The notes beneath the pieces were generated by a model, which worked only from the letters and a program-made list of their open reading frames with translations, was not told where the DNA came from and ran no database searches. Of a stretch of DNA of 41,169 nucleotides, positions 40,777 through 41,169 are shown piece after piece. A program made the position numbers and the translations under genes. Origin of the DNA: a virus (lineage: Duplodnaviria > Caudoviricetes); the IMG/VR virus record IMGVR_UViG_3300037484_000062, positions 1 to 41,169 of that record. One strand, 5' to 3'. Position 1 is the first letter of the stretch. Each line of letters starts with the position of its first letter.

Positions 40777-41169
40777 TAGCTGGCACTCCCGTCAGCCGAC
40801 AACCCCGTGTGCGTATCATCCTCGTACGCAGCCGCGATCAGGGTTGTGCTGACATTGTCAAACCACGTGAACGAGTAGGCCCCATCCCCGCTTCGCGATG
40901 TCGCCAGCAGCACTTCCTTCGTCGTGCGGTCGAGCAGGTAGACGTACACGGTGCCAGTGCTGAATGCGCTCAGCGTCCCGCCCACTGTGAACGTGATCGA
41001 GTGGTAGGTCATCAGGACGTAGACGGACGCAAGATTAGTTTGCGTTGAGACCGCTGACCCAACGAACTTGTACCGCCGCGCAGTTTCGATGTCGAAGCGG
41101 GTGGTGTCTGGATCACCAGCCCAACGCTTGAAGAACCGACTGGCATCTGATTGAAGGAGGTAGATCCCG
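40776..41169 (-). CDS. 3' part of the 632-aa virion protein that starts at 1745
   Basis: The 78-aa ORF 40776..41012 is the in-frame C-terminus of the gene crossing the junction. Confidence 0.85.
   Translation of the reverse strand, partial: GIYLLQSDASRFFKRWAGDPDTTRFDIETARRYKFVGSAVSTQTNLASVYVLMTYHSITFTVGGTLSAFSTGTVYVYLLDRTTKEVLLATSRSGDGAYSFTWFDNVSTTLIAAAYEDDTHTGLSADGSAS
40930..41169. repeat. Terminal direct repeat, right copy
   Basis: Matches 1-240 with one mismatch. Confidence 0.95.

Noticed and set aside
1-41169. Lysogeny module, DNA polymerase, tRNAs, alternative genetic code
   Set aside because: I recognised no integrase, repressor pair, family A/B polymerase motifs or cloverleaf, and the standard code gives dense, full-length genes.

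Overview
The window is an apparently complete, GC-rich tailed-phage genome with podovirus-like gene content. Bases 1-240 repeat at 40930-41169 (one mismatch), so it circularises to about 40.9 kb. A non-coding control region (about 4690-5480) separates two divergent arms. The + strand arm (5488-19561) holds many small early genes, an HNH nuclease, an intein-containing SNF2 helicase, an HTH protein, a primase-polymerase and a DUF3987-like helicase. The - strand arm runs TerS, TerL, extra fibre/spike-like genes, portal, scaffold, major capsid, tail, ejection proteins, fibres and lysis. I found no integrase, DNA polymerase, reverse transcriptase, tRNA or CRISPR array. The most unusual signals are these. 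(1) An 18-nt gene-junction element, GGTGAGGTGAAGCCATGA, occurs about 10 times. It carries TGA in all three frames, a Shine-Dalgarno and the next ATG, and it delimits an array of small, apparently swappable gene cassettes that also share an internal 'ERLQ..LDAA' crossover motif. (2) The helicase intein has a DUF559/Vsr-like endonuclease encoded as a separate nested gene in the +1 frame. (3) A 13-14 bp motif is shared by an early promoter and a late promoter. (4) A candidate gene is overprinted inside the primase. (5) A secreted protein carries a host-type 'FADGFESG..W' C-terminus. All product calls come from motif recognition and synteny; no database searches were run.
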